Shown piece after piece: positions 24,489-38,324 of a stretch of DNA of 48,091 nt. Numbering within the stretch: position 1 is the first letter of the stretch; every line of letters begins with the position of its first letter. This stretch comes from Catajapyx aquilonaris (lineage: Eukaryota). The stretch is taken from the NCBI GenBank assembly GCA_000934665.2, contig KZ538780.1, positions 1-48,091 on the forward strand. The letters run 5' to 3'. The notes below the pieces were generated by a model, which saw nothing but the letters and a program-made list of their open reading frames with translations, searched no databases and was not told where the DNA came from. The position numbers were made by a program, and so were the translations under genes.

Positions 24489-25511
24489 AGCGAAGGTCAA
24501 TCATTGTAGATGGGTTGCTGAATTAAACTTCGCACTGTAATAGAGGCAGGTAAGTTATTCACCAAAATTCAAAGAATTTCGGCCCATCAGTCGCTACAAG
24601 GTCAAAAGTTATGACCTCTCGAAGTCAGCCCGGATAGCTCACCTTACGAGCAAAGTTTCAGATATCGCACTCAAAAAAGCAAGCATTTTTTGACATCATT
24701 GGAAAGGGCTACTTCGGCTACTTACTCTGATTACAACACGCTATAACTTACAAGAACATACTGCTAGATCGCAGCCAGTTTTTGAGAAAATAGCTTCTGA
24801 AGTTTTTTGGGGAAAAAACAATCTCTCAAATTACATGCTCGATTGGCATCAAATACAGCTTATACAAGTAGCCTACTGTTGGAAATTTGAGAAAATCAGG
24901 TTCCCTAATTTGTGGTTGGTCCAGCTCCTGGACGTTTATTTCTTTCGGCAGCTGCCATATAAAATTTTTATCCAGTTTATAACTGACTTCCTCTTTGTAT
25001 ATTGTCCCTGATTACGCAATCTGGCAAATGGAGAACTTTCTTCTGCTGCAGGCACTAACTCATCATCAGTTTTTGCCCCCCCCCCCCNCCCCCCCCTGTT
25101 TGCTAATTTTATTAAGTGTGCTTTTTAAAAAGCTGGCTATTTGGAAAAGAGGCCTGATGCGTTCCAAACGCCTTCTGAGTAGGCCTACTGCTTCGACTCG
25201 ACTTGTAGTGCAAGTGATACGCGTATATGTCTGAGATGCATGAACTTATCATTTTTTATGAGATGTGCTTGTTGTACAAATGTGTTTTGTTTTGAATACA
25301 TACCTAAAACATTCTAATTTGCACTCCTTTTTTTCATTTGCAAGTGCTTTACCCTTCCCGCTTATATGTCCTGGATGACTTTGAGAGGTCATAACTTTTG
25401 ACCTTGTAGCGATGAGCCGAAATTGTTTGCATTTTGATGAATAACTTACCTACCTATATTATTGTGCCAAGTTTCATTCAGCAACTCCATTACAATGGTT
25501 GACCTTTCCTT
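24489..25511. mobile_element. Non-autonomous DNA transposon with about 140-bp TIRs
   Basis: 24493-24633 is the reverse complement of about 25369-25506 (e.g. cgctacaaggtcaaaagttatgacctctc / gagaggtcataacttttgaccttgtagcg). Confidence 0.82.
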
Positions 25512-25537
25512 GTCAGTTACACAAGAGGCATTTTTAC

Positions 25538-26220
25538 TAAAGGTCGCCATTATCCGTATAATCGCGTGTATACGTTGAAACGGTTTGTTAGTTTCCTCTG
25601 ATTATTATTAGTTATGTCTGGTTCACTAAAGATGGAATTTCTGAAAAATTGGATGACTGCACACTCTTCAAATGGGGTAATACAATGGGAGACCACTTTT
25701 TTGGAAACATTATTATTCTTCAACTCAATTGCAGTGAATCAGAAGTAACTCTGAAAATTGCCCATCAGCTATACCATAACCAGTGAAATGAGAATTAAGA
25801 TTCCTGCACTTTTCAGTTGCTTGTTTTGGCCATTTGGAATTCAAAATAATTGCAAAACGGCAACATTCAAATTTAAATATATCTTATATGAGGGCTTATT
25901 ATTCCATTCTATCTTTCACTTCTCTTCTTCACACTATCATGGACCTTTGTGCCAAATATCACTGTTTGCCAGCGTCCTACAATATATTCCTATCTTTTTG
26001 CTCGTCTCCTACCTATTCGTTTCGTAGGTTCAATGAAACGTTTCACCGGAAAACCGTAGCACCGCACACGTTTAAACGGGTGCATACACGTGTAAACGTT
26101 TCCAAACGTGTACTGTACACGTTTATTTACGTTTATTCGTGTTTTTGAGCCGATTATTATCCGAATAATCGGAAAACGTTTAATCGTGTATTCGAAAAAC
26201 GGCATAGACCACGACCTTTA
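25538..26220. repeat. Possible degenerate Harbinger-like MITE
   Basis: TAAAGGTCG / CGACCTTTA ends; shared attatccg.ataatcg and aaacg motifs near both ends. Confidence 0.35.
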
Positions 26221-27322
26221 ATTTTTACATGAGGTTAATAATTAAATAATTATTCTGAGTCAGTGCCATTTCTCTGCAATGCATCATCAGCAAACTCTAC
26301 CAAAGTCACTTTTCATACTACTGATGTAGGCCTATACTATATTTTATTTAGACAAAACAAACAAGCAAATTGTCACAAATATACTGTAATGAACATCACT
26401 GCCAGTAACTTATGTGTAGTCATACTTCCAGCTCAAATTCGTTACCGGTACTGTTCGACTATGTGTAGGCATTATCGAGTAATACTGACCAGGAAATTGC
26501 ATTTCCTGACCGTTACACAGTGAGACTTGCATATCGTAGCGGACCCTGGATGAAGCGAAACTTGTCTACTGCGGAATTTTTTTGCTGTCCCACCAGCGAG
26601 ATAGAATCTCCGATGCATTTTTGCGCAATATAACAGAACCTGCTTAATGGGGAAACTGAAAGCAAAGAGATCCCGCTGTAAGGAAACCCCTTAGTAAACA
26701 GTATTAATATTTCATTAAGTGCCTAACCGGGAATAGGGCTCAAAATGGCAGGAAACGCGCGAGATAGTGAAAAATTGTCCTGTCAGGTGAAAAGGTATAT
26801 ACAGGGGGAATGTCCCACAAAGAAGACAGTCGACAAGCTTGCGGGTTTTGGTGAAATAGACAATAGAGGGTCCTGCCAGAACGAGTTACAATTGCCGAAA
26901 AAAGGCTGCTGCTTTCGACCTTATTTGAAGAGGACGCAAAGCCTTTCTAGTCCTCATCTTTCTTCACTATATAGCTTTGGGAGGGCTTGACTCTCCCATC
27001 TTTCTTCTCGTTATCCCTAACAGAGTATAACAGGTATCACTCGTCAGATACTCGTAAGTATGGAACAGCGCACCTAACTGAAGGATGCTTTCTGATGTAT
27101 CCCCGCAGTGGATTACAGATCTCTGCTCTGATTATATTAGGTCGTTTCCAGCATTATGTTTCCCAAAAACATCCAGATGATCTAATGTGTAACGCAGCAT
27201 GATTATATTATTCACTTGGCCGTAACTGTTTGACAGGTATACAGTACACGTAGAGTACACGCCGTATAACTATAAACAGTACGAGCACATAGCAGATAGC
27301 ACTCACATACGTGTCGTCGGTC

Positions 27323-27464
27323 CCAAGGGGGTAATCACTCGACTGAAAAGTGTACACTGGAGTACCAAATTCAAGGAGTACCACGGAGTAATAAAGAGTG
27401 AGGTGCCTGAGGAGTACCAGGGAGTACCACTCCCAGGTGTACACCGGAGTGATTACCCCCTTGG
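27323..27464. repeat. Inverted repeat enclosing GGAGTACCA minirepeats (MITE remnant; related motif at about 32020-32080)
   Basis: 18-bp perfect inverted repeat CCAAGGGGGTAATCACTC / GAGTGATTACCCCCTTGG. Confidence 0.6.
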
Positions 27465-27949
27465 TCGGTCCACTCCCAAACGGTCGCTCCTCACTGACAA
27501 AAATGTGCTCCAACGTGTTTCATTCTCATGCAGTAGGCTACACACTATTATTGGCCAATGTTATTCCGAACATCCTCGCGGAATTTCTGCCTCTCACAAC
27601 ATGCAAAATATCAAATGGAACAAAGTGATCCAAATGAGACTTGTTTAAAAATGATAATAAAATTGCCCGTGTTGAAATGATAGCACACAAGAGCAGCAGT
27701 CGAGTCCTTCAATGGGATTAAATATGTAATACGGCAGGTGAACATGGTACCCATTGGAATGCCTCTATACAAGCAAGACAGTATTGTGGCCACTTTTCCA
27801 CGAGAAATACAAGTGAAAGTAGCTGCTATAATATTTGGCCGATAGCAGTTACATAGCATATAATCTTTCATAACAGACAATTGTGTTTTTTGAACACCAT
27901 ACATCATCACCCTCTTTCAGTTTCGGTTTAAAGCCTTCCGTCTATAAGG

Positions 27950-28195
27950 TTTCTGGCGCAGGCGTTACGGTCCATCTCTGAAGTGCTGGGTTATATCTCC
28001 GTATCGGCAGACGATTCATTGGAAAGAGTTGCGATGGGTTTCTACGTATTCGCTTGAGTTATCTCGACATTCTCCTTTTCCTTTCATTTTTCATATCCTC
28101 ATCTCCCATAAGCTCTCCTTGCCCTTAGTTGCCTCGGCTTCCCGCGAATAAGCTGTGGGCTTGGGGGCTTTGGGAGTTTAAGCCTATACTAAATA
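27950..28195 (+). mobile_element. Possible old tRNA-derived SINE
   Basis: A-box-like tggcgcaggcg, degenerate B box gggttatatctcc, pyrimidine-rich body. Confidence 0.3.
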
Positions 28196-31100
28196 TTTTA
28201 TACATATTGGTTTTTGCGTAGTTGGAATCGCCCACCAAGATTACTTTTGTGTCAACATTATTTGTGTAGTTTTACATTCGTCAAGATAAGTCCAAGGATA
28301 TCAAGAGCGGAAAAAACAACAGGATGTCGCAGAAAAATGACGATCAACGGAAACCGCGACGGAAACTATGCTTTTATTTCCTCAAGCAGTGGGCAACTCA
28401 ACGAAACCATTTATCCTCGGTCACTTTTTTAAAAAAACACCCCGTCAACAAGAATTTCCACTCAGATTATTACTATTGAAGATAAGTATAACAAAATAAT
28501 CAGTGAAGGTCTTGCGTAACCCAAGTAACCTATGCCACTAAAGATTATCATATTATTTAGAAGTGGCATCCCATCATAAAACATTGTCGATGTCTCATTA
28601 CCCTCACCACATTATCCGGTTGCGGACACGCAAACAAAACATAATTAAATGGAATTGGAACCGTGTTAGCTGTCGCATAATTGCATGCATCGAATAGACA
28701 CATTGCATGCCAAACAAACTATCGACGCCCCAGAGTTCTATGTGCCAGATAAGATATTTCCAGCTGAGTCAAATTCAGCCCATGACACCACTGCACTGAG
28801 TCCTATCTTTATAGACTGACTATGATATTATTCAGCACTGAGAATATTTTGAGTTTGATGTACTCGCCCTTATAAGGCTTCTAAAGGTCGCTTGCGTGAC
28901 AATACTTTCAACACGAGTTGTCCTCTTATCTCACTGTCAAGTGCTTTTGACACTAATCATCCCATAAACAGGTCGTGCCAGGAAGCCCAGGGGGAGGAGG
29001 GTGATCCATAAAGGCACCCATCGCTTTTCTTCTTACACATCAATGATGTTCGGGAATATTATTCATGCCCGTGAGAGAAAATGCTTACTATGCATATGAA
29101 TACAGTATATCGGTCCCCCTTCTCGTGCCCCCAAGGTTATCATATGCAGTCCTTGTAACACTATTCCGCGTCCAACGCTGTGGGAAATATTCTGACCAGC
29201 ACCCAGCACATCAATATAATCATTACGCAGGCCAGCGTATCACTGGAATCGAATATACAGCACATTTGCTTATGGTTTTTCCTGTGTGCACAGGTAAGTC
29301 CTTTCTTCGCATTGAAAAGAGTTTCTTTAAAAAATTAACTGGCAGAATTTTGTGCATACTATCAGTCCTTGCCAGTGCGTTGATGCCAGTTTGACTTGCG
29401 CATGCAGAAACACCCTGTGTTACCAGTCGAAGGCAGTATTTCCAGTAGGTCTGCTTTTCAATTGAGTAGAAGTGAAAGTAGCTAATGGCATTGAATGGAA
29501 ACGGCTTATACGGCTTGAGTGCAACATTATTTTGTCCGTAAGTATAGTGAACTTGCTTGCAAAAATGACGGAGTTAAAACAAATATTATTTTGTGTATTG
29601 CTTATTTATGCGTATCATATTATTATATCTCAAAGTTCAAAGATAGCGATGACTTCTTTGACGAAAGCCCATCTGTAAATATATATGGTAGTACACTACT
29701 ATAATTATGACTGGAAGGTGCTATCACTTCTGCCATGATGGTTATATTTAACTACCGCTGTAGTGATTCGAGATGTTATGAATTCGTAGAATTCTACATT
29801 GTAATCCTTAAAAACAAGCCTATTGAATTCCCTATAACATCAGTGTTGCATTCAGTCAGGTTCTAATTAATTACTGAAGCCCGAAATTTGCTTAAATATT
29901 TCTCTTGAAAAGCAATACTCTTACTGGCGAATGGAATTTATTCGAAATAATTTCTTCATTAGCAGCAATGCGATAAATTCAGAAGTGGCATAATTGAAAA
30001 TGAAAATAATTCAATGCAAAAAAAGCTACATTTCTCATCAATGCACTAGTATAGAGGTATTGGAATCTGTAATATTACTTTTAACATCATTTTGAAGTAA
30101 ACTTGAAATAATCAGTGCAATGAAATATATTTATTACCGGTATCGATGTAATTTTTGCGGCTAATTGGAACCCGTTAACCGCAATAACTGCATCCTTTCC
30201 ACCTTCAACAAAAAAAACCGCTTATTCTCTGCCGTAAGGCTTAAAGGACCAAAAAGTTAAAACTTGAAATTGTACAGAATTTTTAAAACTTCACATGACC
30301 TTCTAAAAGCATGCCGATATTATTTTTGACTGTCCAAACATGATATATGAATTTTCCAAGTTTGAAAACGACTGATGGGACATCAGTTGTTTCACACTTG
30401 GAAAATTCATGTTATATTTATGTTGGATGCTTTGTCAGTTTGGAGGAGTTGGATAGGGGATCTTTTAGCAGAAGGCTGTTCATTTTTAAATAAGTTAATA
30501 ATATTCCAGATACAGTAGGTCAATGTAGCCTATGTCCGGACTGATATCGAACACATGTTAAGGTAGACTTGGTATTTTTAACAGTTAGAAGGTAAGTTTT
30601 ATTGTGCAGTATATCGGTGGCATACGGTAACTTCCGTTCAATAGTTTTAGCTGCTGCTTGGTAATATTAGAGGAGGTGACATGCAAAACCGGATATATCC
30701 ATTTTTGGTCAAAATGAGCTGGCAACGCCGTGCTTTTCTCCTTGGTGGGACCTACGTCCTGCAACATCATGTCCGTGCAAATGGGGACTTATTCTTGATT
30801 TAATAAGGCATGGGTGAAGAACGATACGCTATAGCAACCTTATCCATTTTCATTGACATGCAAACTGCGATGTATCCATGCAGCCTTAGTGCACATGACC
30901 GTTGTGCTCCCCGTCTAATATAGTCAGAGCCATCATGGAGTCCAGCTGCTGTCCGTCAAGAAACTATCGGACATAATGAAGCTCCTATGTGTATTTCAGG
31001 TTCACCAGTGATGGGCTGATGACACAGCTTTGTTCAATTTTTACTGCTCGATTAAGATGGATATGAACCTACAGTACAATCTGATCGCAAGAGTCTAGAA

Positions 31101-31497
31101 TAGGCAAGTTAAAAATAATAGCTAAAATCTCGGCTAATATCATTACTATGCACCCGATACAGCAGTAAATTCTGTTCAGTTCAATGCATCCCATTCGAAT
31201 CTGCGTTTTGAACTATATTTAATATGGGCTAAATATACAAGCAAAAAAATTCATCAGAGAAACGGTGAATCACTTAACATTTCTAGAAAAACATAATATT
31301 AATCACTTTTGCCGACCACATGCAAAAAGTTTTTGATCGAAGATATCAACGTCTATTGCAGTGTTCGTATTACACAAAGCAAAATTGTTGTCACGACCGT
31401 CACCATCAAGGTCTGCATAATCGGAGCAGGTAAAAATTACAACCGAGTATTTCAATTATGCAATGGGAAAATTGGTCACAATAATGACATGCATTGT

Positions 31498-31994
31498 GTG
31501 CCTAATGTGGAATACATGGACTTGCCTAATGTGGAATAGGCTACTACTATTCCACACAAGGAAAACACACCTTATTGAAAGTCAGTGACACAGAATGCAA
31601 TATTATCACATAATACACTGATCATAATGCCTTGATAATGCCACTAAAGGAGTGAAAGAGAGGCAGTAGAACCCTGATTGTCAATTTATTCTGTCTCACT
31701 TGCTAAACAAGGAAGGTGATATGAGCGCTGAAACAGCAAAAAGAATACCCCTTACACCCGATATGTATATGTGATTTCTATTCCACATTAGGAACAGTTT
31801 TTTGGAGGAGTCATTTTCGTAAGGTTTCAGAAAAATGTGCTTATGAAAAAAAACTATACAACTGATGATAATTTTCTTTTGGGATCTAAGAGACAACTAT
31901 TTTTTCTAATTAAATTGTAAGTTTCAGACAGTTTCATTTATTTTTGCAATCTCAGTGTAGAAGCTAAAACATAATGGTATTCCACATTAGGCAC
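31498..31994. mobile_element. MITE remnant with subterminal repeats
   Basis: 18-bp perfect inverted repeat GTGCCTAATGTGGAATAC / GTATTCCACATTAGGCAC plus extra internal copies near 31524 and 31779. Confidence 0.65.
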
Positions 31995-32922
31995 CTCTCT
32001 AGCCTACACACGCGTACATGGACTACCCGGACTATCCTCGGAGTACCACGGACTACCTGCGAAAGTGTACATGAGCCTTAGTGAATAACTTCTTGTCCAA
32101 GGTAAGGTGGTGTCTTTCCGGAAGATATACCGGACACTCCTAGTCTCATGAACGTGGCAACGCCGCACTTTATCGATACACATCTTGGACCGTGGCTGGG
32201 ACCAATATACATTTAATTTATTGGACTTAAATATTTTCAATAAGTTTCTAATAGTGACCGCCAAAGAAAATCAATGCATTGCGACAATGCCATCCAAAAA
32301 TTTTGAGCTCATACAGTGAAAGGTCCTACTGCGTCTTGTGAGGGCGACTTTAAACCCATTACGTATTATCTCTCCTGTAAAATTTATAAAATAGTCTACT
32401 CGCCCTCTCTCCTTAATACCGACGATATCACCTCCTCTAAACCCTATAAGTAACAAACACTTCTAGCATAGCTGATGTGAAGTGCAAATTGATAGAAAAG
32501 CTATACGTATATAGACTAATTGTGTGTCAGTTATTTCTGCACTTGTTGACTATTTTGCAACAGTTAGCCTACGCAGTGGCCTATCGTTGGATCTCTTCTT
32601 AGGCTATACCGTGGGCTATACTTCACAATATGTAGCACGAGGCGGATGCGTGCTGGTCTTTGCCCCTTCAGAATTTATTGTGAAGCAGAACACCCACGTG
32701 ACGGTTACACACGAGCCTGGCTCAGATGGCTGTATCGGTGATTCAAACAACATTGTCATTCTAAGCCCGTGAGAAAAAGCACTGCTTTCGCAACTATCCC
32801 ACGCCCCTGATGCTCGTTCCCTAATCAAAATAAGTTACTCTTACATTATTATGATAAATGATAATCCGCTACTGTAAGTTTGAGGATGTAATGAGGGTGA
32901 AATGTATATATTAATTTACAAG

Positions 32923-32951
32923 TTATTATTATTATAATAATAATAATAATA

Positions 32952-33010
<59 letters not shown>
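32923..33010. repeat. Compound (TTA)n-(TAA)n-(TTA)n microsatellite, self-complementary
   Basis: Direct inspection. Confidence 0.95.
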
Positions 33011-33011
<1 letters not shown>

Positions 33012-33168
33012 AGCAATATGTATTGGTTAATAATGCAGCCATCGCGATAGACTCCACTTCTAATTTTTATGACTGTATACAGTAAGTTATAAATAATAGT
33101 AAGTTATATGAGGAAATTGATTTTTTTCCCCAAGCATGGCCAACTAGGGCATGCATAATACGTAGCAT

Positions 33169-33310
33169 ATTGCGAAATCTCGTGATGGGGTCACCAGACA
33201 ATGGATATTAAACCCGTCCCAGCCGTTAATTAAGTGCATGTAGCCAGTGTCGAGGTAATAAAAACCTGACGCGTCTGCTGACGCAATAAGGAAGCTGGGG
33301 TTTCATTATT
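33169..33310 (+). promoter_or_regulatory. Candidate SLC3 promoter with C/EBP and ATF/CRE-like sites
   Basis: ATTGCGAAAT 33169-33178, TGACGCGT 33267-33274, TGACGCAAT 33279-33287, Inr-like TCATT 33303-33307, about 0.95 kb upstream of the ATG. Confidence 0.3.
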
Positions 33311-33605
33311 CGCTTTGGCGTCTGAACAGAAGTGCGAGATAAGGCGACTACTCCGTGTGCGTAACTGCGTCTAGTCCTTCTCAGAAATCTATGGCGTATC
33401 TGATTGAAGAAATGTTGGCATCTGCTTAACTATTTATGGGGGATTATCCCTTACGAATTCTAGAACAATTCACCTGCCAGCACACTTTTACGATAAGTTA
33501 ATGAGTTGTATTATCATGTCATATATTTAATAATGTTTTACTGTTATCACTATTTAATGCCGCCGATTTTGCGGAATTTTTACTTTGCCAACCCCCCCCC
33601 CCCCC

Positions 33606-33654
33606 NNNNNNNNNNNNNNNNNNNNNNNNNNNNNNNNNNNNNNNNNNNNNNNNN
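33606..33654. other. Assembly gap between poly-C and (CA)n
   Basis: Run of N. Confidence 0.99.
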
Positions 33655-34240
33655 CACACACACACACACACACTTCTTGGTAATAAGTAATAACCAAATT
33701 AATCAGGACCTTCTTGCATCACTGAAGGTAGATCGTGCACGGAGGATTTATCTTGGCATTGTTCCGTTTATTGCTGCTGCCTTTGTCCACCTTCAATTGT
33801 GCAAAAGGACCGTCTTTTTATAGACATGGATGTAAATATAGTTGCACATATTGCGCTAAGAAAAAACAGCGCTTTGTGAACCTCCTTATGCGCATCGATG
33901 ACTTTCTCCAAATTTCCGTACAATTTTTGTCGTACATTGCTGCACGAATCCAAATGGCATTTTCTATATATCCTGTAGGCTTTGCCCGCCCCCCAAGTGA
34001 TAGATTCGAATCATGCGCGCCTCTATACGGCCATTTTCTCTACTAACAGGCTACTGGTCTATTGCATCAGCCGATCTTCGAAGCAGCTGCAGTTGGAGGT
34101 GGCCAGCTCAGCAAAAAATCCCACGCAGGCCCCAGCTCTTTTCCCACGTACCCTGAGCTGCCCTGAGCTTGCATTCCCAGACGGAGGAGTGTAGTGTTAC
34201 CCCGGACTCTAAAAATACCCGTGATTGGCACGGTCCCAGA

Positions 34241-34697
34241 ATGGAGCGGGAGGAGCCAGTATCATCGCCGCAGTCACCAGAAGCAGCTCTAGTTAACGAG
34301 GCTCCTGTACCTAAGATCATGCCACCTGAAGACGGAAAGGTGGTACTGGCTGATGCTGAGGCGGATAAGGTCAAGTTCATTCCGCATGAGGCATCGCAGA
34401 ATGGGGAAGCCAAAGTGGAGATTGATGATTCAGGAAAGGTGGCTTTTGCTGGGATGGGCAAGGAGGAGCTGATGAAGTTTGCAGCTGACCCGTTCTGGAT
34501 CAGGGTACGTTGGACGTTGTTTGTCCTCTTCTGGGTCCTGTGGGCTGGGATGCTGGCTGGTGCCATCGCTATCATCGTGATGGCTCCAAGGTGTGAGGGA
34601 CCTGCACCCCGCAGTTGGTGGCAGCGCAGCGCGGTGTATGAGATCAACCCTAGGAGCTTTAAGGACTCGGACAACGACATGAATGGAGATATCCCAG
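34241..34697 (+). CDS. CD98hc: SLC3 amino-acid transporter heavy chain (CD98hc/rBAT-like), coding exon 1: cytosolic tail, TM helix, start of GH13 domain
   Basis: ATG at 34241; GMGKEELMKFAADPFWIRVRWTLFVLFWVLWAGMLAGAIAIIVMAPRC is the SLC3A2 N-terminal signature with the light-chain-linking Cys; then WWQRSAVYEINPRSFKDSD; gtactt donor. Start could extend upstream. Confidence 0.93.
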
Positions 34698-34772
34698 GTA
34701 CTTGGGAATTATGCTATGTGTTCACCCTTGTTACATAATGCGCATTTACATACTGGGGGATATGCACGTGTG

Positions 34773-35002
34773 CAGTGGCGTAGCCAGGAAATTTGTAAGG
34801 GGGGGGGTTATGTGAGGGAAGAACAAAGAGGCCCGCCACAGGCGAAATTTTTTTATGCTGTTCAAGCTCACACAAGCTACAATATTTTTTTGCGCATGTG
34901 CATTTTAACACCTTAAAATTGCGGATTGGAACTATAATTTTTGGGTCCAGGGGGGCGGGGGGTTACAACTCCCCGCCCAACCCCTCGCTGCCTACGTCAC
35001 CG
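34773..35002. mobile_element. hAT-type MITE in SLC3 intron 1
   Basis: TIR CAGTGGCGTAG / CTACGTCACCG; perfect 8-bp TSD CACGTGTG (34765-34772, 35003-35010). Confidence 0.88.
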
Positions 35003-36303
35003 CACGTGTGATTGAGCGAGTCGTATTAATTACATCCCAAATGCATGTCTCCAGCAATGTAAATTCACCTACAGGTAGCTTGTACGATACGGGTCGAATG
35101 TAAGTCATAATGTGGAGTCTTGTGATTTTTTAAGAGGTATGATGGCACCACCTATTGACCTTCATGAGTGGTGAAAGTGATGCATTAGAGCAATGTTTTT
35201 CAAATGTATTTTATCACAGCCCATTTGAGAAAGGACAAAAGGTCCACAGGAGTAATCTAGTAATGTGAATAAGATATTAACCCATTAATGATAATGGACC
35301 CTGCCATATAGTAAGATTAATCTATAGCAGTACTCCTCACCCCATTTTGTTGTATGTTTTAAAAAGCAACCTAATGATAATGTCATATGTCAGTGTCATG
35401 GGCACCCTTTCATAATTAACATTCCACTGGTTTGATCATTTTGCATAAATGGTGTACTGAAATTGCATTCATATTGTGCCCATCGTACTTCTAAAGAACA
35501 CCTTGTAGATTAACTTCCTTCAAAATGAGCCTCACAGGCAGATTTGGTGTGTATCTCACATTGCGACACATGCTTCTTCCAAGAAGTTTGACAGGGCATT
35601 AACCAACAACCTTGGCCTGCTGCATATCTATATCCTGGCAGCCTATATTGGTTAATCACCATAATGTGCCCATTTTTGCATTGTACTGATTCTTAGGCCA
35701 GTCAACTGAAAAACTGAAAAATCTTTACACTGTTATGCAAATAACACTTGCGAAACTCAAAGAGTATTTAAATTTCTGTGATCAACTTGACTGGCAACAC
35801 CAAACATGATGAAAAAACAGATATCCTGCTAAACTATATGAGAAGTCTAGTGCAGTGTCCAAGAATGTTCATTCAGGAAAAGGAATGAAGATTCAAGGGC
35901 ACAGCTAAGAATGCAGTTGATTGCATTCCACACATTGCTGTGTACACACACAATTGTCACAGGAATTAATATTAGTCTTGTGATCTTGTGGGTATTTGGA
36001 GGTAGACATAATAATGAGTCATGCAAGCAGACAGCTTTTTACAGTGAGGCTGTTGAAAGTTCCCGTAATATTCAGAGAATATGTTACTCTGCAGATATAA
36101 AACATTCTGGTGACAATTTCAACACATGATTAGAAGGGGCTGCAAGAACTTGGGATCCATTTGCAGTATGTTAACATGTTCCTCTCTTAGGGCATCCATG
36201 TCATTATGCAAAATTTTATAATAATGAAAGGGGAAGGAAGGAGGAGCGGACAGGAGAGAAGAGAGACGAGGGAATCAAAATATTTTTGAAGAAATCATTT
36301 TAA

Positions 36304-36839
36304 CCCTTAACTACGTAGGTGGCCAAAACACATTTAACTACGTAGGTGGAGCCTGAGTGGCTCCAACGGTATATTTAAATCTCCGCTTATCAGCTCAATT
36401 GTTATATTGGACTTTTCACGTACGGTACAGAAAGTGCAGTTCAGATAATTAGGCTTCCGAAAACGCTGAGTCAACATATTCCGACAGAAAATTCGTAACA
36501 AGGAACAGGTCCCACCTGGAGCCGCTTAGGCTCCACCTATGTAGTAAAGGGTGCTGTCGTTTTCCCTATTCAGATGCTCTCCACGGAGATAGGGAAAACG
36601 ACCGCACCCTTTTTTACGTAGGTGGAGCCTGAGAGGCTCCAAGGTGGGACCTGTTCCTCGTTACGAATTCTTTTCAGCCAAAGAATGGCGACTAAAAATT
36701 TTTTCTTCTTCTTTTCGTGATTAGGAAGGTTTTCGTGACAAAGTCACAGAAGGACAGGGGGAAAGAACATTTAATTTAAAAGTTACATGTGTTTAAATAG
36801 TGGTTGGAGCCTCTCATGCTCCACCTACGTAGTTAAGGG
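36304..36839. mobile_element. piggyBac-type MITE
   Basis: TTAA TSD on both sides, CCC...GGG ends, 19-bp perfect TIR CCCTTAACTACGTAGGTGG, internal repeats of tacgtaggtggagcc. Confidence 0.92.
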
Positions 36840-37672
36840 TTAAATTCTGGTATGTGCAAATAATAAAGGTCCTTTTAATGTGCCCCTCCAAGGGATCAAA
36901 GCACTTCTCAGATTACAAAATTGATTCTTGTTTAGTTGGGGATCCAAGAGCTCATGTACATAATGATATACATTGAGTAGCTCTGAGTCAATAATGCAAG
37001 GTTACTCAACTGCAGCCCTGGAACTGGATTCCCTTATTCTGGGAAGAAATGGCATTGTGCACCTTTGCAGGGTTTTCCTGGACCCATCTCGACAATGTCA
37101 TACCATGCTTTATCACCCAGCATTGATCTCCTGATGCTGCAAAACATTTCTGACTTGACTCTGACCAGAATTGTCAAACCCTATTAACCCTTATTGGCGA
37201 TGTCAACTCTGCTCCCCAACCAGGTTGACTCTGACTAACTGGGCCCCATAGAGTGGGGTTGAACTGCCATTGTGTGTATGAAAGGCCCCATCTTAACTCA
37301 GAGCCAACCATGACCCTGATTTCAATAATTACATATCTATGTGGGCCTGCGATTGCACATTTAGACTACCCTTTTTTTGTGGCATGGCGCTTTTTAAATG
37401 TAACTTATCCTTTATTACTTTCACCACCCAAAAACAACCAGTCGGAGTCAATAGTCATGACTTTCTCTGGTATGTTTACAACCACTGCCTCTGTACAAAT
37501 ATGACATTCTTTATGCGTGCTTCCCTTAAGTGGCAACTCATTCTGCATAATTGCTTTGAGAAGCATAAACCATTTGGGTGGTGTAATCATGGCAAAATAT
37601 TCTGGTATTTTTATTTAACATTGTATCTGTGTTGCTTGGGATCATGTTTCAATGTACCTGCAATTCTTTCAG

Positions 37673-37852
37673 GCATCATCAGCAAGATTGACTATCTGAA
37701 GAAGCTGGAGACAAAGACCATTTTGCTGGAGCCAATATACAAGTCACCACTGAAAGATATGGGTTATGATATCACCAACTTCAGAGAAATTGAACCTGTC
37801 TATGGCAACATGACAGACTTTGAGGCACTAGTGGAAAAACTTCATGCAAATG
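37673..37852 (+). CDS. CD98hc: SLC3 heavy chain exon 2
   Basis: GIISKIDYLKKL...PIYKSPLKDMGYDITNFREIEPVYGNMTDFEALVEKLHAN; ag/gt boundaries. Confidence 0.95.
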
Positions 37853-37912
37853 GTGAGGGTTATGATGAAAATCACCACTAGCATGGTGCCTAATAACGTG
37901 TTCATTTTTCAG

Positions 37913-38055
37913 GAATGAAATTAGTCATTGATTTTGTTCCAAACCACTCTGGAACTGAGCATTCTTGGTTCCAGAAGTCTGTGATTAAGGAAGAGCCATA
38001 CACGGATTACTATGTGTGGGCCAAAGGGGAAGGTGGTAAACCCCCTAATAACTGG
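37913..38055 (+). CDS. CD98hc: SLC3 heavy chain exon 3
   Basis: GMKLVIDFVPNHSGTEHSWFQKS...DYYVW...PPNNW (GH13 conserved region I). Confidence 0.95.
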
Positions 38056-38125
38056 GTAAATACTTCTATCACTAAACTACTTGCACATTTTATTGGAAAC
38101 AGGTATTACATTGCTGCAATTTCAG

Positions 38126-38251
38126 ATCAGCAAGTATGGAGAGTCAGCATGGACATGGAATGGTCATCGTGGCGAGTACTACCTTCATCAGTTCGCCAAA
38201 AGTGAGCCTGACCTGAACTATCGGTCAAAAGCTGTCGTTGAGGAAATGAAG
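38126..38251 (+). CDS. CD98hc: SLC3 heavy chain exon 4
   Basis: [42 protein letters not shown] (GH13 domain B). Confidence 0.95.
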
Positions 38252-38324
38252 GTACATCTGGATGCCTGTGAACAAGGTGTATGAGCTTGTCCAGTATGAC
38301 ACTTACCTTGATTTTATCATGCAG

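Noticed and set aside
26260..33100. Short ORFs in the intergenic region
   Set aside because: No recognisable domains or consistent exon chain
34108..34680. 190-aa minus-strand ORF
   Set aside because: Antisense shadow of SLC3 exon 1 with no recognisable motif; the same applies to antisense ORFs over NCX exons
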